Shown here: one piece after another, positions 9,115-16,936 of the stretch
How the letters are laid out: each line of letters begins with the position of its first letter
Numbering within the stretch: position 1 is the stretch's first letter
Assembly (NCBI GenBank): GCA_038120295.1
Contig: JAYOLL010000001.1
Span: forward strand, 205,140-269,139
Length of the DNA stretch: 64,000 nucleotides
Direction of reading: 5' to 3'
Source of the DNA: Rhodospirillales bacterium
GTDB taxonomy: Bacteria; Pseudomonadota; Alphaproteobacteria; MPNO01; UBA2964
The notes under the pieces: generated by a model
What the model was told of the DNA's origin: nothing
The model's input: the letters and a program-made list of their open reading frames with translations, nothing else
Databases searched by the model: none
Translations under genes and position numbers: made by a program

Positions 9115-9978
9115 ATGAACGCTGACAGGAAAAAACGACTAATGCTCAAGGACGCGCTAGCGGCGCCTGACATTGCTCTGGCGCCAGCATGCGCCGATGT
9201 GTCGACGGCGCGTCTGGTGGAGCGTATGGGGATCGCAGCCATCCACGGTTCCGGCAGCACGATGCACCGCACGGCGGGCTACGCCGATGCCGGATACCTG
9301 ACGATGACCGAAATGGCCAACCGCATCCGTTCGCTCAACGAGGGGATCGGCATCCCCGTTATCGCCGACGCCGATACCGGGTTCGGCGGTCCCTCGAATG
9401 TGGTCCGGATGGTCAGGGAGTACGAGCGCGCCGGCGCGGCGGCGATCCATATCGAGGATCAGCTGACGCCCAAGCGGCCGACCCATGCCGGCTTCGACGG
9501 TAATTTCGTCTCCCGGGCCGAAATGGTGGACAAGATCCGCGCCGCCGTCGATACGCGCGAGGACGAGAACCTGCTGATCATCTCGCGCTGCGATGTCGAC
9601 GACTGGGACGAAAAGCTGGAACGGCTCGTCGCCTGCCGAGATGCCGGCGCCGATTGCGGCTGGATTGCGGCGCACGATCCGGAAAGGATCCGGGAAATCG
9701 TCGACGCGTGCGGCACGCCCTGTATCGGCGTGCTGCAGCCTTCCATGAGCGCCCAGGAATTCCAGGCCGCCGGCGCCGCGCTGGCGCTTATTCCCACCGC
9801 GCTGGAAATCGCCGCCCTGTGCGCGCAGATGGCGGTGCTGGAGTCGTTGAAGGCGACGGGAACCTTCGCCGAATGCCTCAACGGCCTGCCGAACATAGAC
9901 GAGATGCGACCCTTCTATACCCAGCAGGGCACCGAGGAGCTGAAACGCGTCGAGGCGAAATATAACGGGGAGGGGTAG
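9115..9978 (+). CDS. Isocitrate lyase/PEP mutase superfamily protein (paralogue 1; catalytic-loop Cys replaced, KRPTH)
   Basis: 287 aa. DADTGFGG and IHIEDQ motifs of the ICL/PEPM fold. The gating loop reads TPKRPTHAGF instead of KRCGH. GGGAGG RBS upstream. Confidence 0.75.
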   Translation: MNADRKKRLMLKDALAAPDIALAPACADVSTARLVERMGIAAIHGSGSTMHRTAGYADAGYLTMTEMANRIRSLNEGIGIPVIADADTGFGGPSNVVRMVREYERAGAAAIHIEDQLTPKRPTHAGFDGNFVSRAEMVDKIRAAVDTREDENLLIISRCDVDDWDEKLERLVACRDAGADCGWIAAHDPERIREIVDACGTPCIGVLQPSMSAQEFQAAGAALALIPTALEIAALCAQMAVLESLKATGTFAECLNGLPNIDEMRPFYTQQGTEELKRVEAKYNGEG

Positions 9979-9985
9979 TCTAGCC

Positions 9986-10879
9986 CTACGGTCTGAACAA
10001 TATTCGGGCGGCAGTTGCCGCCATGCGCCTGTTGCTGTGCCCGACTCCAGGAACGGATTCCAGCCTCCATCCGAACTCAAAACGGTTCATGCGGGCAAAC
10101 TCCTGAGACACTGAGAAAAAATTTCTGGCGCGTTCAAGGCGGTGACTTCCCTGCTTCCGGGTGTTGCTGTTCTGCCGCAGAGATTTCGCATACGGGTCGT
10201 TGTCGTTTTCGCCGATAAGGATTGTCAGGTCGGTTCCGAATACCGACCGCCAGTCGATCTGGTCTTTCTTTAGCAGTCCCGTGCCGTACGGGTAGTTCCG
10301 GTCTTCGTCCGGCCACAGATAGTATCCCGCGTTTGCGGCGACCGCGCGGATGATCCGCTTCCCGCCGGTAAGCATGACGTAGCGGTGTACGAACTGTGCG
10401 CCGGCAGAGTGGCCGTACAGATAGAATTTTTCGCCGTTTGCGCCTGTGGCTGCGGCCGCGATGGCGACGGCTTCTTCCATTGCACTGAAGCTCCAAACAG
10501 CCCGTGGCTTCTGTACGTTGCGGCTTTTCGTCAGGACATTGCCCCAGTTGTAGTGGCGGCCGGACGGCCAGTCCTGTCTGGCGAATTCCGGCACGAGCAG
10601 AATGACGCCCTGCGCGTTTGTGAACGGTTTCCAGACATCAAGATAATTTCCTGCCGTTCGGCTCTTGCCGTGCATGACCACAAGAATTCGGGAGTCGTCC
10701 GACCGCGCATCGGGAATATGGATATGCGCCCGGACGGTTCGCCGCCGCTCGACATCGTCTATTTCGAATGTCTTCGTAATGGTTTCGCCGGCTTGAGATA
10801 AAGATAAGCTGCTCAGGGCAACAAAGGCCGCTACAGCGGACGCGGCCCACCGCGCCGGAAATCTTTTTCGATATGGCAT
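9986..10879 (-). CDS. Secreted alpha/beta-hydrolase (esterase/depolymerase-like)
   Basis: 297 aa. Signal peptide (AASAVAAFVALSSLSLSQA). LYGHSAGAQF GxSxG. His near the C-terminus (GVGHS). Confidence 0.6.
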   Translation of the reverse strand: MPYRKRFPARWAASAVAAFVALSSLSLSQAGETITKTFEIDDVERRRTVRAHIHIPDARSDDSRILVVMHGKSRTAGNYLDVWKPFTNAQGVILLVPEFARQDWPSGRHYNWGNVLTKSRNVQKPRAVWSFSAMEEAVAIAAAATGANGEKFYLYGHSAGAQFVHRYVMLTGGKRIIRAVAANAGYYLWPDEDRNYPYGTGLLKKDQIDWRSVFGTDLTILIGENDNDPYAKSLRQNSNTRKQGSHRLERARNFFSVSQEFARMNRFEFGWRLESVPGVGHSNRRMAATAARILFRP

Positions 10880-10971
10880 CCGAAAGAGGCCTCTCCTGTC
10901 GACTGTCCGACCCTACCACCAGGAAGGGGCGGGACGTATGATGAAAGCAACAACAGCTGAGGGAGTCATTC

Positions 10972-11928
10972 ATGCCCCGCAAAAACATGGGGAAGGCGTT
11001 CCGCGATCTGCTGGCGCAGGAGCGGATCATCGTCAAGCCGGGCGCCTATGACGCGCTGAGTGCGAAGATGATCGAGGCCGCCGGGTTCGAAAGCTGCGGC
11101 GTATCGGGCTACGCCGTGTCGGCAACGCTGCTGGGCAAGCCGGATTGCGGGCTGGTCACGCTTGATGAGATGGTAATGGTGTCGCGCTACGTGCAGGCGG
11201 CGGTCGATATTCCGGCCATCGCGGATGCCGATACCGGCCACGGCAATGCCATCAACGCGATGCGTACGGTCGAGGATTTCATCCGCGCCGGCGTCGGCGG
11301 CATCCATATCGAGGACCAGGTCGCGCCCAAGCGCTGCGGCCATGTCGCCGGCAAGCAGATTATCCCGGTCGAGGAAGCTGCCGGAAAATATCGTGCGGCC
11401 GCGAAGGTTCGTGATGAGCTCGACCCCGATTTCGTGCTGATCGCCCGGACGGATGCGCGTGGCGTTGCCGGCGGATCGGTGGATGCCGTGGTGGAACGGG
11501 CGAAGGCCTATCTCGATGCCGGGGTCGACATGATCTTTCCGGAAGGGCTGACTACGAAGGACGAACTGGCCGAGGTGTGCGACCGGGTCGATGCGCCGAT
11601 CCATTACAATCGTACAGGCGTCTCGCCCATGCTGACGCTGGAAGAACTGGACGAGCTGGGCGTCGCCATGGTGTCCAACGCGACCGGGACGCTGCGCTCG
11701 GCGGCGCGCGCCATGTGGGACTACATGCACCGGTTCCGGGACGAGGATGTCGCCTGGCAGAAGGCGTTTCTCGCCGAGGTAAAGGATCACCCGATTGGCG
11801 ATTTCCATGGTTTCATGGGTTTCGATACGCTGCGGGAGCTGGAGGAACAGTTTCTGCCGGCCGAGGAAATCGTCGCCAAGTACGAAGGTTCGGTCGGTTA
11901 CCAGCCGCCGACGGATCAGGAAAAATAG
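10972..11928 (+). CDS. ICL/PEPM superfamily lyase (2-methylisocitrate lyase / dimethylmalate lyase-like; canonical KRCGH)
   Basis: 318 aa. DADTGHG, IHIEDQVAPKRCGHVAGK catalytic loop, ARTDA. First gene of an operon with the LeuCD-like genes. Confidence 0.8.
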   Translation: MPRKNMGKAFRDLLAQERIIVKPGAYDALSAKMIEAAGFESCGVSGYAVSATLLGKPDCGLVTLDEMVMVSRYVQAAVDIPAIADADTGHGNAINAMRTVEDFIRAGVGGIHIEDQVAPKRCGHVAGKQIIPVEEAAGKYRAAAKVRDELDPDFVLIARTDARGVAGGSVDAVVERAKAYLDAGVDMIFPEGLTTKDELAEVCDRVDAPIHYNRTGVSPMLTLEELDELGVAMVSNATGTLRSAARAMWDYMHRFRDEDVAWQKAFLAEVKDHPIGDFHGFMGFDTLRELEEQFLPAEEIVAKYEGSVGYQPPTDQEK

Positions 11929-11940
11929 GGGAGACCGACC

Positions 11941-13215
11941 ATGCCGGGCATGACGGCCATAGAGAAGATTCTCGCCCGCAATGCTGGGCTCGACCGCGTC
12001 GGACCCGGCGATCTCGCCGTGGTCAAGGTGGGCTGTGCGGTGCTTTACGACAACAACCTTATCCCCGCGAACTGGCGCAAGCTGACAAGCGTGTACGACC
12101 CCGACCGTATCGTGGTGGTGTTCGACCACCGCGTGCCGGCCAAGGATGTGATTACCGCCACGGCGCAGAAAACAGGGCGGGAGTTCGTCGCGCAGTTCGG
12201 CATTAAGCGGTTTCATGATGTCGGCCCGAACCAGGGGATCTGCCATGTGCTGGTGGCTGATCACGGCTACGCCATTCCTGGCGAGGTGCTGGTCTGCGGC
12301 GACTCGCACACCTGTTCCGCCGGCGTGTTCAATTGCGCCGCGCGGGGCACCGGCTCGCCCGACATGCTGTACGCCGCCGCAAAGGGCGAGACCTGGTTCC
12401 GGGTCGGCGAAACAGTGCGCTACGAGCTCGAAGGCGAACTCCAGGAGGATGTCTCGACCAAGGATGTGTTTCTCCATATCGCCGATAAATTTGGCGATCA
12501 TGCGACGATGAACGTCGAATATGGCGGACCGGCGCTGGCGAACCTGTCGATCAACGCACGGCGAACGCTGTCGACCATGTCGGCGGAGCTGTCGGCGGAG
12601 TTTGCGACGTTCGAGCCGGACGATGTCATGCTCGACTATGTGCGGGAGCGAAATCCGGGTCTTGAGTTCGAGGCGCAATATTCCGATGCGGACGCGGCCT
12701 ACGCTGCTGTGCGGACCGTCGACCTCTCTGCCATCGAGCCGCAGGTGGCGCTGCCGGATTCGGTGCTCAACAATTCTCAGCCTGTCGGCGCTGTCGCGGG
12801 TACGAAGATCGATCAGGCCTTTATCGGTTCCTGCGCCAACGGCACGCTCGACGATCTGGCCGTCGCAGCGAAAGTCCTGAAAGGTCGACAGGTGGCCGAC
12901 AGTGTGCGGCTGATCGTGACGCCGGGCTCGCAGAACATCTATCGGGACGCGCTTCGGGCCGGCTATATCGAGACGCTGATGGATGCTGGCGCGGTCGTTA
13001 CGAATTCGACCTGCGGTGCGTGCGGCGGCGGCAATCTTGGCATCCTTGCGCCGGGGGAGACCTGTATCACGGCGAGCACCCGCAACTTCAAGGGACGCAT
13101 GGGCTCGGCGGAAGCGCGCATCTTCATGGCCTCGCCCGCCACCGTTGCGGCCTCCGCTGTCGAAGGGACGATCGCCGATCCCCGCGAGGTGCTGGCGAAA
13201 GGAGCCGCATCATGA
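11941..13215 (+). CDS. Aconitase-family dehydratase large subunit (LeuC/DmdA-like, short archaeal-type)
   Basis: 424 aa. GICH, VCGDSHT, Fe-S ligand region GSCANG and NSTCGACGG, FKGRMGS. Confidence 0.85.
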   Translation: MPGMTAIEKILARNAGLDRVGPGDLAVVKVGCAVLYDNNLIPANWRKLTSVYDPDRIVVVFDHRVPAKDVITATAQKTGREFVAQFGIKRFHDVGPNQGICHVLVADHGYAIPGEVLVCGDSHTCSAGVFNCAARGTGSPDMLYAAAKGETWFRVGETVRYELEGELQEDVSTKDVFLHIADKFGDHATMNVEYGGPALANLSINARRTLSTMSAELSAEFATFEPDDVMLDYVRERNPGLEFEAQYSDADAAYAAVRTVDLSAIEPQVALPDSVLNNSQPVGAVAGTKIDQAFIGSCANGTLDDLAVAAKVLKGRQVADSVRLIVTPGSQNIYRDALRAGYIETLMDAGAVVTNSTCGACGGGNLGILAPGETCITASTRNFKGRMGSAEARIFMASPATVAASAVEGTIADPREVLAKGAAS

Positions 13216-13727
13216 TCCTGCCCGGTAGGACCTGTATCGGCAAGACCTGGATATTCGGCGACAACATCAACACCGACCTGATCCTTCCCGGCCGCGCACA
13301 GTGGTTCACAGAAGAAGAACAACTGGCCTGCGTTTTTGAGGCCAACCGCCCCGGATGGATCGACGAGATCGCGCCCGGTGAGATCATTATCGGCGGGCAG
13401 AATTTCGGCATGGGCTCAAGTCGCCCGGCGGCGCGGTCGCTGCGCAACCTGAAGCTCGGCTGCCTGGTCGCGGAGTCGATTAACGGGCTGTTCTTTCGCA
13501 ACTGCGTCAACTGGGGCTTCCGGGCGCTCGAATGTCCGGGCGTGTCAGAGGCGTTCGAGGAAGGCGATGTCGCGGAGGTGTCGTTCGAGGATTTCACCGT
13601 GCGCAACCAGCGGACGGGCGCGACGCTTCAGTCCGCCGCCGTGCCTGCGACGCTGCTTGCCACCATGGAAGCCGGCGGCGTACTGCCGCTGCTTGAGAAG
13701 GAAGGCCTGATCGAGGCGACGGAATAG
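13212..13727 (+). CDS. Aconitase-family dehydratase small subunit (LeuD/DmdB-like)
   Basis: 171 aa. GDNINTDLI and GGQNFGMGSSR swivel-domain motifs. Its ATG overlaps the large-subunit stop (ATGA at 13212-13215). Confidence 0.8.
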   Translation: MILPGRTCIGKTWIFGDNINTDLILPGRAQWFTEEEQLACVFEANRPGWIDEIAPGEIIIGGQNFGMGSSRPAARSLRNLKLGCLVAESINGLFFRNCVNWGFRALECPGVSEAFEEGDVAEVSFEDFTVRNQRTGATLQSAAVPATLLATMEAGGVLPLLEKEGLIEATE

Positions 13728-15158
13728 CTACTCCGCTGCCGCGGCACCGACTTTTCCGCTCATATATTTCGCGACCTCGTCCTCGACTACGGTGCCTTTG
13801 AAGAAGTCCGGATTCATACCGGCATGCATCGAAACGACATTGCCGAAGGTAAACTCGCGGAAATCGTCGTCGTCCATAAAGCCGTCCTCGACCATTTCAT
13901 AGGCCTCGACCATCACTTTCGACATATCCGGCACGTCCCAGTGGCCGATGTCGGAGCCGAGGAAAGCATTCAGCTTCAGCCCGTAATGGTTGATTCTGGG
14001 GTCGAAGGCGAGGGCATTGAGACTGTCATCCGCCTCGCAGCCGAAATAGAAGTTGCGCTGGAAAATATCGCGGATGTCCTCTCCCTTCGTGATTCCGCTT
14101 TCACGAAAATCGTCGACCTCTTCGGCGGGTACGAAGAGTTGCGTGGCTGACGGCTGGTGCGGCGCTTCGCGAATGCGTTCGGGCGTCAGGTAGTCGTTGC
14201 CGTACTTGTCGAACATCTCGACCATCAGGTCGATATTAAGCGCCGACGGGTCGAGATTGCGCTTTTCGAAATATTCGAACAGCGAGTTGTAAAGGGCTGC
14301 CGCCCAGCCGGGCCCGCCTTCGAGGAAGGCGTATTTGAGCGTCGGGAAACGTTTCGGTACGCCGCCCATGAACAGCGAACGGCAAAAAAACTCCGATCCC
14401 TTGGCGAAGCTGCCAAGCGAGTTGTGCACGTAGTTGGTGGGCGAGTTGTTGAGCGATCCGCGGCCACGCGACGAATTGTGGCAACTCGGTGCAACCTCGA
14501 GTTCTACGCATCTGGCCCATACCTTGTCGTATCTGTCGCCGACATCGATGGCGGGCGAGATTGGTGCGGTAGAATACTGCGCGAGGTGCGGCGCTTCCTT
14601 CACCACGTCCGGATGCGGCAGATGGATCTGGGTGTTCATGACGATAGCTTTGAGACCCAGCTCGTTGACCACGAATTCGAGCTCCGCCACGACTTCGTCG
14701 GGGTCGTGCATAGGGATCAGCGCGACCGGCGTCAGCCTGTCTTCAAGTCCTCTGAACATGTCGGCATAGAGCATGTTCATGGCGCGATAGATAACGGGAC
14801 GCATCTCGTCGTCGCCCTCGCGCATCACGGTCAACGCGTAGGTGCCGTATACGACACCAAAATCGATGCCTGCCTCGTCGAGTCGTTCGTAATAGAGCTT
14901 CGGCAGCATGGCGGTCGCGCGATCAATGCTCATGTCGCCGGAAAGCCCCACCCAGACCGCGCGCCGTCCGCGCGTCTGGTTGTCGTGAATCAGGTGCTGC
15001 TCGTATCGCTTCGCCATATCGGAACCGCCGACCTTTTTGACGAAATCGAGTATCGCGAAGCTCGCCTCGATCATGTGCCCGTCGGCATCCACTACCGGAT
15101 GGTTCAGCTTTTTACGAATGTCCGCGCCCTTGAGCTTGCTGTCGTGATGTCCCGTCAT
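13728..15158 (-). CDS. Amidohydrolase-2 family (metal-dependent TIM-barrel hydrolase/decarboxylase-like) protein
   Basis: 476 aa from ATG 15158 (MTGHHDSKLK...). VVDADGHMIE N-terminal metal-site region. Transcribed divergently from the UbiD gene. Confidence 0.65.
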   Translation of the reverse strand: MTGHHDSKLKGADIRKKLNHPVVDADGHMIEASFAILDFVKKVGGSDMAKRYEQHLIHDNQTRGRRAVWVGLSGDMSIDRATAMLPKLYYERLDEAGIDFGVVYGTYALTVMREGDDEMRPVIYRAMNMLYADMFRGLEDRLTPVALIPMHDPDEVVAELEFVVNELGLKAIVMNTQIHLPHPDVVKEAPHLAQYSTAPISPAIDVGDRYDKVWARCVELEVAPSCHNSSRGRGSLNNSPTNYVHNSLGSFAKGSEFFCRSLFMGGVPKRFPTLKYAFLEGGPGWAAALYNSLFEYFEKRNLDPSALNIDLMVEMFDKYGNDYLTPERIREAPHQPSATQLFVPAEEVDDFRESGITKGEDIRDIFQRNFYFGCEADDSLNALAFDPRINHYGLKLNAFLGSDIGHWDVPDMSKVMVEAYEMVEDGFMDDDDFREFTFGNVVSMHAGMNPDFFKGTVVEDEVAKYMSGKVGAAAAE

Positions 15159-15279
15159 GGCTCTGATCCCCTGTCTTGCCGTCCGCAAAAAGCTTAGTCC
15201 CGAAAGGGAGATTTGCGAAGGCTGCCCTGTACCGTTTTTCCTGCCTGGGATACGCTTGCGGAAACACAGGGAGTCTCCT

Positions 15280-16932
15280 ATGCCGAACGACACTGCGGGC
15301 CGTGACTATCCGGATTTTCACGATCATCTGGCGGCCCTGGAAGAGGCCGGGCTGCTGACCGTGATCGACGCGCCGGTCAACAAGGATACCGAACTGCATC
15401 CGCTGGTCCGCTGGCAGTTTCGGGGCGGCATTGCGGAAAAGGACCGCAAGGCGTTCAAGTTCACCAATGTGACAGACTCGAAGGGCCGGAAATACGATAT
15501 GCCGGTGGTGGTCAGCGCGCTGTCGACCAACGAGCAGATGTATTCGATCGGGATGGGCGTTCCGGTCGAGGAGATCGGCGACCGATGGAACCACGCCATC
15601 GCCAATCCGATCGATCCCGTGACGGTCGAAGATGCGCCCTGTCATGAGGTCGTGATCACCGGCGACGATCTGCGCGGAGAAGGCAAGGGGGTCGATGCGC
15701 TGCCGGTGCCGATTTCCACCCCGGGCTATGATTCAGCGCCGTATTTCACCGCGACCAACGTCACCACGAAGAACCCGGAGACGGGGACCCAGAATATGGG
15801 CACCTATCGTGTCGGGCTAAAGGCACCCGACCGTCTGGCGGTAAGGATGGTGGCGCGGCCCGGTGGCGCGGAGGGCCATCTGCACTGGGAGCTGTGGAAG
15901 AAGCGGGGCGAAAAGATGCCCTGCGCTGTTGTCGTTGGCTGCCCGCCGTCGGTTGCCTTCATGGGACCGCAGAAACTGCCGGTCGGGATCGAGGAGATGG
16001 CGGTCGCAGGCGGTGTGGTCGGGGCGCCGATCCGGCAGGTGAAGTGCAAAACCATCGACATCATGGTGCCGGCGGAATCCGAACTGGTGATCGAAGGGCT
16101 GGTCGATACGGAATATCTCGAACCCGAGGCGCCGTTTGCCGAGAGCCATGGCCATGTTGCGCTGGAGGATTACAACACGGTGATGGAGATTACCGCGATC
16201 ACGCACCGCAGGGACGCGGTCTATACCTCGATTATCTCTCAGCTTACCCCGTCGGAATCCTCTGTAATCAAGCGCGTAGCGTACGAGCCGCTCTACCTGT
16301 CGCATCTCCGCGACAATCTCGGTATCAAGGGCGTGAAGCGGGTCTATCTGCACGAGAAGCTGACCAACCTGCGCAAGGTGCTGTTCGTGGTCGTCGACAG
16401 AGATACGCCGACGACAGAGGTGTGGCGTGCGCTCTATGGCGCGTCGTCGCTTGCCGCCGCCATCGGCAAATACGTGGTCGCAATCAACGAGGACATCGAT
16501 CCGGAAAACGGCGATTCCGTATTCTGGGCGCTGGCCTACCGGTCGAACCCGGCGCTGGACGTGCAGATACTCAAGCACAAGGTGCGCTACGGGCCGCGCG
16601 ATCCGCGCACGCCCAACGGCGAAGAATCGATCTGCCTGATTGACGCGACGCTCAAGGCCGACATGCCTCCTATTGCGCTGCCCAAGCGCGAATACATGGA
16701 AGGCGCAAAAGAGCTATGGGAACGGCTGGGCCTGCCGCCTTTACAGCCGGAAAGCCCGTGGCATGGCTATTCGCTTGGCGACTGGACCGATGAATGGGAC
16801 GAGATGGCGAAACGCGCGGCGGAAGGAAATTACCTCGAGAACGGCCGCCGCAGCGCGCAATATCGCCGTAAGGATGTCGCGCCCAACACCTCCATTCGCG
16901 ATGTCCCGGGCGGCCCGTTCGACAAGTCCTGA
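15280..16932 (+). CDS. UbiD-family (prFMN-dependent) reversible decarboxylase
   Basis: 550 aa. Typical UbiD architecture and motifs (YPDFHDHLAALEEAGLL N-terminus, VVVGCPPSVAFMG, ESHGHV). AGGGA RBS before ATG 15280. Confidence 0.85.
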   Translation: MPNDTAGRDYPDFHDHLAALEEAGLLTVIDAPVNKDTELHPLVRWQFRGGIAEKDRKAFKFTNVTDSKGRKYDMPVVVSALSTNEQMYSIGMGVPVEEIGDRWNHAIANPIDPVTVEDAPCHEVVITGDDLRGEGKGVDALPVPISTPGYDSAPYFTATNVTTKNPETGTQNMGTYRVGLKAPDRLAVRMVARPGGAEGHLHWELWKKRGEKMPCAVVVGCPPSVAFMGPQKLPVGIEEMAVAGGVVGAPIRQVKCKTIDIMVPAESELVIEGLVDTEYLEPEAPFAESHGHVALEDYNTVMEITAITHRRDAVYTSIISQLTPSESSVIKRVAYEPLYLSHLRDNLGIKGVKRVYLHEKLTNLRKVLFVVVDRDTPTTEVWRALYGASSLAAAIGKYVVAINEDIDPENGDSVFWALAYRSNPALDVQILKHKVRYGPRDPRTPNGEESICLIDATLKADMPPIALPKREYMEGAKELWERLGLPPLQPESPWHGYSLGDWTDEWDEMAKRAAEGNYLENGRRSAQYRRKDVAPNTSIRDVPGGPFDKS

Positions 16933-16936
16933 TCGG

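Noticed and set aside
10966-12678. 570-aa ORF on the minus strand
   Set aside because: It is entirely antisense to the well-supported ICL-family and LeuC-like genes, and it is Arg/His/Gly-rich with no family motifs. This is the typical high-GC antisense open-frame artefact. The same reasoning applies to 1482-2879, 8147-8989, 14157-15197, 15817-16578, 19676-20695, 25061-26890, 35445-37316, 38451-39401, 41686-42558, 44939-46645, 46691-48904, 51983-53134 and 61987-62766.
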